Source: Patescibacteria group bacterium (GTDB taxonomy: Bacteria; Patescibacteriota; UBA1384; XYA2-FULL-43-10; 1-14-0-10-43-13). From it: a stretch of DNA of 41,317 bases. The translations under genes were made by a program, and so were the position numbers. This document shows positions 19,416 through 29,252 of this stretch, piece by piece. The stretch spans positions 1-41,317 of the forward strand of contig JBAYVE010000011.1 in NCBI GenBank assembly GCA_041674765.1, read 5' to 3'. The notes below the pieces were generated by a model that saw only the letters and a list, made by a program, of their open reading frames with translations, searched no databases and was not told the DNA's origin. Within the stretch, counting starts at the first letter, position 1. Every line of letters begins with the position of its first letter.

Positions 19416-20763
19416 CTCCCTCCTTGATCAGCTTGGCCTTCTTGCCAAATGTTTTTTCCCAGCGGTTTTTGATTACCTCGGCATAAATAGGGCATTTTTC
19501 CATAAGGTAGCAACGTCTTTGGAGCTTATTCGAGGCAATTAATGTACTCCCACTGCCTCCAAATGGCTCGACTACCAGGTCGCCTCTTTCGGTGAGAACT
19601 TTAACGTACGGTATCAAAATCTCCAACGGTTTAGTGCCAAAGATAATGCCTTGGCCGGAACTTTTTTCATCGGCTGCGTTGAATTCTATGAAGTCAGTTG
19701 GCTGTATCTTCTTGCCCTTTTCATAGCCCTCCCACTGCGGTTTTCCGGAAATCGCATAAAGTGCGGTTTCGTACTCTTCCTGTAAACCGTCCTTTTCCGG
19801 CTCCATATTATATTCAATATCAACGTCGGGTGATGCACCAACCACGGCGATGTCGTGTTTAGAGAAGAATTTGTGCTTGGCAACAAAGCCCTGGTTTCTA
19901 TTGGGAAGATGCCAAACGATCATGTTTTTAACCTTCCAATACTTTTCCATTTCATTCCAGATCGTGCGTATATTTTTCCAGTTTTCGTAAACAATGATTG
20001 AGAAAGATTCCTTTTGAACCTTAGCAATGTTGGCCATCCAAAGTTCCGTAAAATTTTCAGGTAACTCATCAGTACCGATATATTTTCGATTCTTCTTGGC
20101 TCCAAAACCGTCGGTTGGGTTTCCGTGCCTTTTTCCTTGGAGGTAGTTTAAAATGTAGGGTGGGTCAGTCAGGCAGAGGTCTGCCTTTTCACCATCCATC
20201 AGTCTGAGCATATCTTCTTCGATCGTACTGTCACCGCACATTATTCGACTACCATCCAGGTCATAGATATCGCCCTTTTTGAAATTAATTTGATCAATCT
20301 TTAATTTCTTCAGCTCTTTGTCGATGTCAAAGGGCTGATCTTTCATCTCGACTTCAAAAATATCGTCCAGCTCTTCACTGTCGAATCCAATGTCGACCAG
20401 GAAGTTCTCGTCAAAACTGGCCAGAAGATTAAAATCAAATTCACCAGTGTTCTTATTGAGCCGAAGATTAAGCTCTTTTTCTTTCTCAATCTCTGGGATA
20501 TTTACAAAGACGCAGGGTATCTCTTTGATCCCCAATGCCTTGGCTGCGGTAATCCGCATATGTGCCCCAATGACGATGTTTTTTCGATTTGACGCACAGT
20601 TTACAATCGCCGGATCAACAAATCCAAAGCGTGTTAAGCTTTCTTTCAAATCTGAAAGCTGTTTCTCGTTCCATTTTCTCGGGTTATAATCGGCCGGAAT
20701 TAGCTTCCCAACCGAAACATACTCGATCTTGTAGTTTTCTTTAGACATAAAGTCTCCTTTCAA
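19405..20763 (-). CDS. ParB-like nuclease domain fused to DNA (N6-adenine/N4-cytosine) methyltransferase
   Basis: The N-terminus has a ParB-like N-domain (IPADYNPRKW...). The central region has TDPPY (motif IV). C-terminal FGGSGST (motif I) comes after DPPY, giving the beta-class permuted order. Confidence 0.85.
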   Translation of the reverse strand: MKGDFMSKENYKIEYVSVGKLIPADYNPRKWNEKQLSDLKESLTRFGFVDPAIVNCASNRKNIVIGAHMRITAAKALGIKEIPCVFVNIPEIEKEKELNLRLNKNTGEFDFNLLASFDENFLVDIGFDSEELDDIFEVEMKDQPFDIDKELKKLKIDQINFKKGDIYDLDGSRIMCGDSTIEEDMLRLMDGEKADLCLTDPPYILNYLQGKRHGNPTDGFGAKKNRKYIGTDELPENFTELWMANIAKVQKESFSIIVYENWKNIRTIWNEMEKYWKVKNMIVWHLPNRNQGFVAKHKFFSKHDIAVVGASPDVDIEYNMEPEKDGLQEEYETALYAISGKPQWEGYEKGKKIQPTDFIEFNAADEKSSGQGIIFGTKPLEILIPYVKVLTERGDLVVEPFGGSGSTLIASNKLQRRCYLMEKCPIYAEVIKNRWEKTFGKKAKLIKEGDGE

Positions 20764-20961
20764 TTAATTTGCGTTAAATAACAAAAAATCCGCACCATGT
20801 ATGTGCAGATTATCTCTGAGTTCGACCCTTCTCAAATCAAAAAACACATACATTTACCACAACCTTAAAAAGGTTGATCGATTTACGTGTTTTTGATTTT
20901 CTGGGGTTATTCCGTACTCAGCAAAAACGATTTTCTATTAAATTGTAATTTCATTTTACTC

Positions 20962-20990
20962 TTGCCAACTTACTTGTCAAGCAATTATAA
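20962..20990 (+). promoter_or_regulatory. candidate promoter TTGCCA-N17-TTATAA for the NACHT gene
   Basis: Spacing counted directly: 20962-20967 and 20985-20990. Confidence 0.4.
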
Positions 20991-21049
20991 CTTTATCAAT
21001 CGAGCACGAAGTGTTAGGATTAGAATGAGATCTAAATAGGATTTTACGA

Positions 21050-24000
21050 ATGGAAGATCGGTATATAAAACCAAACTTGATGTTATTCAAATCGTTTGAA
21101 GAGTCGGTCAAAGGAGATCTTCTTTTATATTCTCTAACACATGATGACGAGCGAGAAGCAGAATCAGAGAATTTTATTAACTGTCCTCGACGATCATTTA
21201 TTTTAGCCGACCCGGGGTATGGTAAATCTCGCTTTCTAAAAGAAGCCCTATCGAAAAAAAAGAACTCTGGTGGTAGCGGTTTGCTCATGGAACTCAAAAA
21301 TCTTTTACCAGGAGAGATAATTGTTGATGGTCTTACTCGTGTTGCTGGCAGAGAAGGATTAAATACTAATATTGAGAACGATAGCAATTTTTTAGTCTGT
21401 TTAGATGGATTAGACGAAGTTAAACAAGACGATTTGTCGCTATATGTAGAAAAAATTAAGGATTTTGTGGCAACATATGATAAGACGATAATTCTGATTT
21501 CTTGTCGTCAGCTTTTCTTTAAAAAATATGCTGATTTATTTTCTAGCCTCAGTTTCGAGTTCGCTCGTATTTTCCCGTTCACTATTTCCCAAGTAAAAGA
21601 ATACTTAACAGGATATCCGCTCGATAAAAGAATGCTCGATAGGTTAATAAATACCCTGAAATTTGGAGGGAGAGATTTAGTGATTCAGGTTCCGCGATAC
21701 CTTGAGTTGCTTGCCAAATACATTGTAAATAAAAGGTTGGGTGATGTTAATTCAATAACTCGATGCGATCTTTTTGAGTATTTTATATATGGAAAACTTA
21801 GTCTCGAGGATAGAGAAACTAAAGAAATAATCAAAAGGGTGTTAGAAAAATTAGCTCTAATTATGGAAATGTATCAGACTAGCAGCATAACCAAAGACGA
21901 GCTGATGACTTTCTTCGACGATATTAAGTCAGACCTCAAGGTGAACGCTATCCAAAAAATTCCACTCAACACTTTTTATAATAGAACTTTACTAAAAGAC
22001 AATGGCGAGACTATTGAATTTGACAATACCGAGTTCCAAGAATATTTAGCAGCAAAAGAAATCACGAGATTGGGTCATTTCCCGCATACGGTATTTGATC
22101 TTGTTGTAGATCCTAATCTTGGAACTATCCACCCGAGTTGGTTTAATACTCTTACCTTTTTAATCGAGTTACAGCCGAAGATACTAAAGAATGTTCTTAA
22201 TTACGGCCAGGGAAAAGATCCTGATGGCCTACAAGACGAGGACTATCATCGGCTAATTACCAAGGTTAATCTGAACCTTATTCCGACGCAAGATAAGAAA
22301 AAAATTTTTGAAAATGTCCTAGAGTATTATCAGAAGGTCCAACATTGGATAAACTTTGATATTGCTGAAAACTTATCATATTATTACGATGATTCGCACC
22401 AACAGATGCTAAAAAAATATGTAGAGAAGATGCGATATAGTTCAGAAACTCAGAAACTTGTTCAGCGAGGCAATATTGCTCTGATTGTCGGCTTTTTGTT
22501 AGGCGCAAAGCGATTATCGGTAGTTGATATTGGTTACTGGAAAGAGAAATTAATATTTTTTGCCAAGGACAAAAATAAAATTGGCGTACTCCAAAGGCAC
22601 TCATTATTTGCTCTTGAAAAACTAGAAGATGACTCGATTATTAGCAAAGTAAAAAGCGTATGGAGAAGTGGTGATGAGCTAGTCAGTCAAAGATTTCTTG
22701 ATTTTTGTGGTTCTGTAAATCCAAACCATCCCTTGTCTCTAAAAATTTTTATAGATGGCACTAAGAGAAAAATAATTCAAGCGAGATATGGGCTCTACGA
22801 GGTTCGAGAAAGAAAGGCGATATCTAAAGTTATTGGCGCTTTGACGAAGGATGATGTGTTTTTATACCAGTTTCTTGACCAAGAAAGCATTTTTCATGAT
22901 CGTGACCACTTGCTAATCGATAATATTAAAAATGTTCTTGATCGACGGCTATCACAAAAAATTGAGCAGGCAATTCTTGCTTCCTATAAATCAAAATATT
23001 GGTATGAAGCAGAAAAATCAGTTTTTATTTCTAACTTAGCGAAGCTTGTGCTTGAACAGGATAATCAATATTTACATCGACTTACAAAGCAGATCTTTAG
23101 TGATTCAGATTTGCTTAAACATGCTCCTTTTAGTTTCGATCTTCTTTTTTCAATTTTACTCACTGAAAATGATATCAAGGGATTCATAGATGAGGCGTCA
23201 AAATATGAACATGGCAAATGGTTTGCTTGCAGAGTTATGCAACTGATCAAGTTTTCAAAACGAACAGATGCAACCATTCTTTGGGAAGAAGGCAGGGGGT
23301 ATTTAGCGGAGGAATATAAAGAAGTAGAGAAACTCTGGCAAAAAGAAAAGTCTAAGCCGGCAGAAAGTCAAACTATTTATCAAGGATTCTTGACTAAGCT
23401 GGAACCAAAACCAAAAACCTATGATCCTGGTGTATTCGAATTCTATACTAATAATCAAGACCAGATAGATAGAAGCATCACTCAAGATGATAAAAAACGT
23501 CTCACGAAATTAATCACGGGCAGTATTTTTGAAAAATTCGATCCTGCAGACCAATCATTGACTATTACAAAACGAGAGGGTGGGTCAACGTCATATACTA
23601 CTCATTCATGGATATCAGTATTTGGTGATGCAATCGAGGTTGCAGCGAAACTCAATTTAGATGCTGAGAGATATACGAGTAAATTGATCAGCTATATTCC
23701 ATTTTCTTATCATAGTCATTTGGAGGCAATTTTTAGCTTGATCGGAACAAATGAAATAGATAAAAATTCTATCAACCGTTTGCTAAAAGTTTACAAGGAA
23801 AAGAAATCTGATCTCTGGCAACACATGCCCTCCAGCTTTATCCAATTTGTAAGTCGTTATAAAATAGCGCAAAGTGAACCAATTCTAAAAGAATTCATCG
23901 AAAACAAAGAACTCTCAATAAATGATCGAGTATCAGCCCTTGAAGCTCGAGAGTTAGTTTGTCCCGATTGTCCCTATTTAGAAAAAGTTTTCACGGAGAA

Positions 24001-25060
24001 CTTGTCTGCAAATAAAGAACTTGCATATAAGAGTAATGCTCTTTTGATAGAGCGGTATAACAATAAGGATGCAATAAATTGGCTGTTTACTCTTTTAAAA
24101 GATAACGCTAAGACTTTCATTGAGCCAAAAGGGGCTCATTCAGTTGGAGATTTTGAAGATGAGCTGCACCATATGAAATTAGCAAAGCCTCTAATTAACC
24201 TAAAAAGCGAAGAATACATAAATAATTTCTTAGATTTACTAAGCTTTTCCTTTGACCTCAATGACCAAGATCCACAGTATTCGGCATACAGCAATTATAT
24301 TTGGCAAATAGTCAGCAAGTTTTTTGATGGTCTAAAAGAACTGAAATCATATCAGCCGATAAGAACCTTGGAGCAATTTACCAATAAGAACCTGTCTCGA
24401 GGTGGGGCAAATTGGTTCCTAGTAACCGTAGAGGATATAAAGCGTACATTTCTTACCTATTTAGGGAGACCAGAGAACATATCTGATTGCATAAATACCT
24501 ACAATAGCATGAAAGTTAAGCAATATTTAGCAATCACATCGGTTCAGGAATTACATCAAGTAGTTAAGAGTATAATTGAGACCGATCTAAGGGGATGGCT
24601 AGATGGAGAAGGCCGTAAAACTTTTCAGGATGATGGATCTTTTGATAAGGACGGGAAACCAAAAAGACGCAATTTTGAAACAACCGTTCAAAAACTTATT
24701 CTGCCTCAGCTTAAATTATCTTTCCTGCAAAGAGGGATAATGTTAAAGGAGATAAATATTGCTAGAGAACCGCAAATACAGGATGATAGCCGAGTAGATT
24801 TTCTAATCTCATACGGATTCATTGGTCATATGATTCTTGAGGTAAAATTGAGAAGTAATCCTGACTTGCTTGGAAAAATGCATCTGAATCCTTCGTTTAA
24901 GAAATTAAAATTGTACGTAAATTCATATGATGCGAGTTCCGGTATCTTCCTTGTAATAAACGACAAAGAAGATAAACGTCCTGATACATGGGGAAAACAT
25001 CTAGCGAGAATAATCGACTGCTATAACAAAATCGAGAGGATCGAGGTAGTCGGCTTATAA
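21050..25060 (+). CDS. NACHT-type STAND NTPase (1336 aa) with a long helical-repeat C-terminal region; possible C-terminal PD-(D/E)xK-like motif
   Basis: Walker A ADPGYGKSRF and Walker B FLVCLDGLDEV, then ILISCR (sensor 1). The C-terminal VDFLISYG...ILEVKL resembles a D...ExK nuclease core (speculative). Confidence 0.8.
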   Translation: MEDRYIKPNLMLFKSFEESVKGDLLLYSLTHDDEREAESENFINCPRRSFILADPGYGKSRFLKEALSKKKNSGGSGLLMELKNLLPGEIIVDGLTRVAGREGLNTNIENDSNFLVCLDGLDEVKQDDLSLYVEKIKDFVATYDKTIILISCRQLFFKKYADLFSSLSFEFARIFPFTISQVKEYLTGYPLDKRMLDRLINTLKFGGRDLVIQVPRYLELLAKYIVNKRLGDVNSITRCDLFEYFIYGKLSLEDRETKEIIKRVLEKLALIMEMYQTSSITKDELMTFFDDIKSDLKVNAIQKIPLNTFYNRTLLKDNGETIEFDNTEFQEYLAAKEITRLGHFPHTVFDLVVDPNLGTIHPSWFNTLTFLIELQPKILKNVLNYGQGKDPDGLQDEDYHRLITKVNLNLIPTQDKKKIFENVLEYYQKVQHWINFDIAENLSYYYDDSHQQMLKKYVEKMRYSSETQKLVQRGNIALIVGFLLGAKRLSVVDIGYWKEKLIFFAKDKNKIGVLQRHSLFALEKLEDDSIISKVKSVWRSGDELVSQRFLDFCGSVNPNHPLSLKIFIDGTKRKIIQARYGLYEVRERKAISKVIGALTKDDVFLYQFLDQESIFHDRDHLLIDNIKNVLDRRLSQKIEQAILASYKSKYWYEAEKSVFISNLAKLVLEQDNQYLHRLTKQIFSDSDLLKHAPFSFDLLFSILLTENDIKGFIDEASKYEHGKWFACRVMQLIKFSKRTDATILWEEGRGYLAEEYKEVEKLWQKEKSKPAESQTIYQGFLTKLEPKPKTYDPGVFEFYTNNQDQIDRSITQDDKKRLTKLITGSIFEKFDPADQSLTITKREGGSTSYTTHSWISVFGDAIEVAAKLNLDAERYTSKLISYIPFSYHSHLEAIFSLIGTNEIDKNSINRLLKVYKEKKSDLWQHMPSSFIQFVSRYKIAQSEPILKEFIENKELSINDRVSALEARELVCPDCPYLEKVFTENLSANKELAYKSNALLIERYNNKDAINWLFTLLKDNAKTFIEPKGAHSVGDFEDELHHMKLAKPLINLKSEEYINNFLDLLSFSFDLNDQDPQYSAYSNYIWQIVSKFFDGLKELKSYQPIRTLEQFTNKNLSRGGANWFLVTVEDIKRTFLTYLGRPENISDCINTYNSMKVKQYLAITSVQELHQVVKSIIETDLRGWLDGEGRKTFQDDGSFDKDGKPKRRNFETTVQKLILPQLKLSFLQRGIMLKEINIAREPQIQDDSRVDFLISYGFIGHMILEVKLRSNPDLLGKMHLNPSFKKLKLYVNSYDASSGIFLVINDKEDKRPDTWGKHLARIIDCYNKIERIEVVGL

Positions 25061-25074
25061 TTAATGGGAATATT

Positions 25075-25554
25075 ATGAAAGAAGCTGAATTTTTAAGTCA
25101 TGAATTAGAAAGACAACATCAATTATCCTTTCAAACATCGGATTCACTAGATCACAAGGCAGAACAGGCAGTTGTATTTATTGTGGTAATTGTTGGTTAT
25201 CTTCTCAATTTGGGCACAATAAGTTTTCTAAGGAGACCGGAAGGATGGGTCCAGTTTTTTTATGCGTTTGCCCTGCTTGTAATGATCGTTGCCTTTACTT
25301 TGTTAGTGATCGCTTATAGGATTCAAAAAGTTCATATAGGATCAAAACAAGACTATTTGCTCAATACCCTGAAGAATAAAAGTAGTTTTCTTGTTCCGGC
25401 TGTAATATTAGGAATTAAAAACAGCAATGAAAAAATTAAGCAAACAAATGATAAAAAAGCATTGCTAATAAGATGGTCTCATCTTTTTATTATAATCGGT
25501 GTTTCAATAATAGCAGTTTGCGAATTTATATTAAGGAGTCAAAATGCCAAATGA
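25075..25554 (+). CDS. small 3-TM membrane protein co-operonic with the NACHT NTPase (candidate effector)
   Basis: 159 aa, starting 15 nt after the NACHT stop. Three hydrophobic helices (VVFIVVIVGYLLNLGTI, FFYAFALLVMIVAFTLLVIAY, LFIIIGVSIIAV). Confidence 0.6.
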   Translation: MKEAEFLSHELERQHQLSFQTSDSLDHKAEQAVVFIVVIVGYLLNLGTISFLRRPEGWVQFFYAFALLVMIVAFTLLVIAYRIQKVHIGSKQDYLLNTLKNKSSFLVPAVILGIKNSNEKIKQTNDKKALLIRWSHLFIIIGVSIIAVCEFILRSQNAK

Positions 25555-25639
25555 TCAGGAAGATCAGAGCGCAGAGGATGGAAATAATGATCCATGGGAA
25601 CAAAATCCACCCCTGGAAACTATAGAGAAGGGCAACTGA
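25544..25639 (+). CDS. tiny acidic ORF (31 aa) with a strong RBS, overlapping the end of the TM-protein gene
   Basis: AAGGAG 5 nt before the ATG. Sequence MPNDQEDQSAEDGNNDPWEQNPPLETIEKGN. Coding status uncertain. Confidence 0.25.
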   Translation: MPNDQEDQSAEDGNNDPWEQNPPLETIEKGN

Positions 25640-25785
25640 GTAATAGATTGACCAACCAGGGATTTTAGCGGTAATTACACAGGGATTACACTTTCTCCTC
25701 TACTGGCTGTTGATATATTAATACTATCCACAATGGAATGTATTAATATAAGTTGTTATACTGTGATTACGTTATAAAAACGAAA

Positions 25786-25803
25786 AGAGCCCCGTAGGGC
25801 TCT
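25786..25803 (-). terminator. hairpin AGAGCCC-CGTA-GGGCTCT followed by a T-run on the minus strand
   Basis: Downstream of the HNH gene. Confidence 0.55.
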
Positions 25804-25835
25804 AATCGCTTCTTTTTCAGAGAGTTATGGCTGTG

Positions 25836-26087
25836 TTAACCGCCGTAGCTTTCTGTGTTTTTGTGACACTCTACACACAGAATTTGGCAATTCTGCAATG
25901 TATCAGGACCACCTGCCTCTTGTGAGACAACATGGTGAGCGTGCCATTGTTTTCCGGCTTCACGATTTCTAGGGTCTAAGACCTTATTACATCGGTATCC
26001 GGAATGACCAGAGCAACGTCGTGCGCATTCGCACTTACCGCCAGCTCTCTCCCATGCGTCATTGATGACGCTTTGTGGAAAGGACAT
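25836..26087 (-). CDS. HNH endonuclease
   Basis: 83 aa. Cys pairs plus HAHHVV...GGPDTLQNCQILCVECH, the HNH/Zn-finger nuclease core. Confidence 0.8.
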   Translation of the reverse strand: MSFPQSVINDAWERAGGKCECARRCSGHSGYRCNKVLDPRNREAGKQWHAHHVVSQEAGGPDTLQNCQILCVECHKNTESYGG

Positions 26088-26559
26088 GGTTACTCCAAAA
26101 ACAGATAAGTTTAGGAAGTTGGACTAGGCTTCCTGTCGCTTTCACGACCGTGTCCGTTGCAGTCATTTCTAGCCCAAGATTTACCTAGCGTTACTCCAGT
26201 TGTAAATTATATTGTAAGGTTTACTTTACATTTTGTCAACCTAGAAATAGGGGCAAATTGTGGATATGTTCGGGGTATGTTCGCCAAGGGGGAGGTCTCT
26301 TTTTATACTGTATCATTCTGTATCATTTACTCTCAAAATTCCTACAAAGCAGTTACTGGAAATGGTATCTTGGGTGAGCTATATGGTCTTGCTTTGGCCT
26401 CGTTTTAGCTCAAAGTAGGTTGAAAATGAGGTGAATGTATAGTAGTATAGGTTCCAGAGCATGTAGTTGCTCCAAAATGGTATTTAGGAATTGGTATTTA
26501 GTATTATAGTGCTCACGAATCTTATGCTATATACTGTTACCTAGGTACTATTTATTTAT

Positions 26560-26637
26560 GGCGGCCATAGCTCAGTTGGTTAGAGCGCCAGTTTGTGGCA
26601 CTGGAGGTCGCGGGTTCGAGACCCACTGGCCGCCCCA
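26560..26637 (+). tRNA. tRNA-His (GUG) with encoded G-1 and CCA
   Basis: Acceptor GCGGCCA/TGGCCGC. Anticodon arm CCAGT-TTGTGGC-ACTGG. Extra G at -1 opposite discriminator C. Confidence 0.85.
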
Positions 26638-26719
26638 AAAATCGAATAGTACCTATCCTCTGAGCCGGTAGAATAGAGCGCTAGCCGATGTTCATCGGGC
26701 TCGGTCGAGGACAAAACAT

Positions 26720-26795
26720 GCCTCGGTAGCTCAATGGATAGAGCGCTTGCCTTCGAAGCAAGAGGTTACAGGTTCGACTCCTGTCCGAGGTACCA
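26720..26795 (+). tRNA. tRNA-Arg (UCG), CCA encoded
   Basis: Acceptor GCCTCGG/CCGAGGT. Anticodon arm CTTGC-CTTCGAA-GCAAG. T-arm ACAGG-TTCGACT-CCTGT. Confidence 0.85.
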
Positions 26796-26822
26796 CCTCA
26801 TATTCATTCGGTGTAAACTTGT

Positions 26823-27062
26823 ATGAATAATTTCCATCTGTACATAATCAAATGCAAAGATAATTATCTTTATGTAGGTATTACTGATGATATTGAAAAG
26901 AGAATTAGTCAACACAAAGATGGTTTTTGTCGTAATACCAAGAACAGAGGAATTATTCAATTAGCATATACGGAATCATTCAAAGAAAGATCGGAAGCAG
27001 CTAAGAGAGAGAAAGAAATTAAAGGGTGGAGAAGAGAGAAAAAAGAGCAATTATTGAAATAA
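26823..27062 (+). CDS. GIY-YIG nuclease-family small protein
   Basis: 79 aa. HLYIIKCKDNYLYVGITDDIEKRISQH...RG...EKEIKGWRR is a GIY-YIG (UPF0213-like) domain. Confidence 0.8.
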   Translation: MNNFHLYIIKCKDNYLYVGITDDIEKRISQHKDGFCRNTKNRGIIQLAYTESFKERSEAAKREKEIKGWRREKKEQLLK

Positions 27063-27087
27063 TAGCTTGCTCTGAATGAAATGAAGA

Positions 27088-27163
<76 letters not shown>

Positions 27164-27243
27164 ACAACTTTTTTTCTACGCGACCGGAAGGCAGTAAGTT
27201 CGGTCAATGTACGTGCGTAGATTGATATAGAGCATGAAATGAT

Positions 27244-27270
27244 AAGACGGCTTTAAAACCGTTTTTTTAT
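27244..27270 (+). terminator. rho-independent terminator AAGACGG-CTTTAAAA-CCGT + T7; sequence-similar to 32752-32776
   Basis: Seen directly. See the finding on repeated terminator modules. Confidence 0.6.
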
Positions 27271-27421
27271 TTGACCCCGACTGTAATCGAACCTCAAAAT
27301 ATTATGTTATTTCATTCAGCTTTAATTTCTGAACAAATTTTTAGAATATTTGACATTTTTATTATATGGGTATATATTCATAATATAAACATAAGAATAT
27401 AGAGAGAGGAGGTGAGAAAAA

Positions 27422-27661
27422 ATGCCAGGATTAGATCAAACAGGACCCCAAGGACTTGGTCCGAAGACAGGACGGGGAATGGGACCATGCAGTGGTGGAA
27501 TGCGCCGAGGAATGGGTTGCGGACGAGGCTTCGGCCGATTTGCAGGCCGTGCATATCTGTCAAAATCTGAAGAAGTGGACGAGTTGGAAGATGAGACTAG
27601 AGCTATGGAAGCCGATCTAAAAGCTCTCAAGGAAAGAATTTCGGAGATCAAGGGAGAATAA
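27422..27661 (+). CDS. DUF5320-like glycine-rich small protein with C-terminal coiled coil
   Basis: MPGLDQTGPQGLGPKTGRGMGPCSGGMRRGMGCGRGFG... followed by an acidic helical tail. RBS GGAGGTGAG upstream. Confidence 0.55.
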   Translation: MPGLDQTGPQGLGPKTGRGMGPCSGGMRRGMGCGRGFGRFAGRAYLSKSEEVDELEDETRAMEADLKALKERISEIKGE

Positions 27662-27765
27662 AAAAGCCGTCCCGATGCTCCGGAAATTCATCCGGAGATC
27701 GGGGCGACCCGCAATTATATTATTATCAAAATATTATCTTTTATCAATATTAAAGCGAGGAAGAA

Positions 27766-28497
27766 ATGAGATTGAAAAATAAGGTTGCAATTGTGACTGG
27801 TGCTTCATCTGGTATTGGCAAAGCCATAGCAGAGGATTTTATCAAAGAAGGCGCAAAAGTCGTCTACTCGGATATCAATGATCCAAAAGACTTTACGGGA
27901 ACCGATAAGGCCCTGTTTATAAAATGCGATGTTTCGAATTCCGGTGAGATAAAAGATTTGATTAAGAGCACAGCCGATAAATTCGGAAGAATTGATATAA
28001 TCGTCAACAATGCTGGAATTGGCAGTTTGGGCGGTATATTAGATACTGATGATGAGACTTGGCATAAAACTATTGAGATTAACCTCTCCGGTGTTTTCTA
28101 CGGCATGAGAGAAGCGGCAAAGTATATGAAGGAGAATAAAGTCAAAGGTTCAATTATTAATATGAGTTCAATACTTGGAAAAGTTGGTTTTGCCGGATCA
28201 ATCTCATACTGCGCTTCAAAGGGCGGTATAGTTCAGCTTACGCATGCCGGTGCACTCGATTTAGCTCCATTTGAAATCAGAGTAAATGCAATTGCACCTG
28301 GGTTTATAGAAACGAATATGACAAAGGGAGTTTTAGAAAACGATCAATTTAATCAGTTAATAAAAAGCTCAACGCCGCTCGGACACGTCGGCAATGTCGA
28401 GGATATTGCCAACGCAGCAATTTATCTTGCTTCAGACGAATCAGAATATACAACCGGCGAGATAATTTATGTTGATGGCGGTTGGACAGCGAAATAG
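27766..28497 (+). CDS. SDR-family oxidoreductase (3-oxoacyl-ACP reductase-like)
   Basis: TGASSGIGKA (NAD(P)-binding), NNAG, and the S...YxxxK catalytic set (YCASK). Confidence 0.9.
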   Translation: MRLKNKVAIVTGASSGIGKAIAEDFIKEGAKVVYSDINDPKDFTGTDKALFIKCDVSNSGEIKDLIKSTADKFGRIDIIVNNAGIGSLGGILDTDDETWHKTIEINLSGVFYGMREAAKYMKENKVKGSIINMSSILGKVGFAGSISYCASKGGIVQLTHAGALDLAPFEIRVNAIAPGFIETNMTKGVLENDQFNQLIKSSTPLGHVGNVEDIANAAIYLASDESEYTTGEIIYVDGGWTAK

Positions 28498-28506
28498 AAA
28501 GGAAAT

Positions 28507-28965
28507 ATGAGACCAAGAAAATTCAGGCATGTTTGTACGAATCCTGAAATAAAATTTTTTAAACCTCAGGGTGTTCCAATGAGTCAATTGGAAATTATTG
28601 ATTTAACCGATGAAGAGCTTGAGGCTTTAAGACTAAAGAATATTGAGGATTTAGACCAAATAATTGCCGCCGAAAAAATGGGCACCTCCCAAAGCACATT
28701 TCAGCGCATTTTAACTTCGGCTTACAAAAAAATTTCCGATGCTTTGGTAAACGGTAAGGCGATCAAAATCACAGAAATTGACAGGCCGATGAAAAAGTTT
28801 GAATGCTGGAAATGCAAACATATATGGGAAGAGCCTTTTGGCAACGGCAAGCGCGGCATCGATATGAACTGCCCGGAGTGCCAAAGCGAGGAAATCCACC
28901 GATGTGATAACAACGGTCATGGTTTTGGCAATCAAATTTGGGGTCACAAAGGAAACAAAGAATAG
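28507..28965 (+). CDS. DUF134 (UPF0251) predicted DNA-binding protein fused to a C-terminal zinc ribbon
   Basis: The N-terminal RPRKFRHVC...FKPQGVP is the DUF134 signature. The C-terminus has CWKC...CPEC. Confidence 0.65.
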   Translation: MRPRKFRHVCTNPEIKFFKPQGVPMSQLEIIDLTDEELEALRLKNIEDLDQIIAAEKMGTSQSTFQRILTSAYKKISDALVNGKAIKITEIDRPMKKFECWKCKHIWEEPFGNGKRGIDMNCPECQSEEIHRCDNNGHGFGNQIWGHKGNKE

Positions 28966-28982
28966 TTTTTGAGGAGGGATAA

Positions 28983-29252
28983 ATGAAGGTGTTAAAATTT
29001 GGTGCCTTATGGTGTCCTGGCTGTCTTGTTATGAAGCCGATGTGGCAGGAAATTGAGAATGAAAATAGTTGGCTTAAGAATGAATACTATGACTGGGATG
29101 AAAACAGAGAGATTGCTGATAAATGGAAGGTTAGAGATACTCTGCCCACCTTTATCTTTGTCGATAAAGACGATAAAGAAATTTTTCGCCTGCAGGGCGA
29201 GCGTTCAAAAACAGAACTCTTAAAGCTTATTGAAGAATATAAGGATAAGTAA
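28983..29252 (+). CDS. thioredoxin-like small protein
   Basis: 89 aa. WCPGC active-site-like motif near the N-terminus. Confidence 0.7.
   Translation: MKVLKFGALWCPGCLVMKPMWQEIENENSWLKNEYYDWDENREIADKWKVRDTLPTFIFVDKDDKEIFRLQGERSKTELLKLIEEYKDK

Noticed and set aside
26157-26408. 83-aa + ORF in the AT-rich region before tRNA-His
   Set aside because: No RBS, an implausible composition and short direct repeats. More likely a tRNA promoter region.
26638-26719. Possible degraded tRNA between tRNA-His and tRNA-Arg (GAGCCGG...CCGATGTTCATCGGGCTCGG)
   Set aside because: Some hairpins are present, but no cloverleaf with acceptor, T-arm and anticodon arm could be built by eye.
27436-27651. 71-aa minus ORF (Pro/Arg-rich) antisense to the Gly-rich gene
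   Set aside because: It is a mirror-image artefact of the GGN-rich codons on the + strand.
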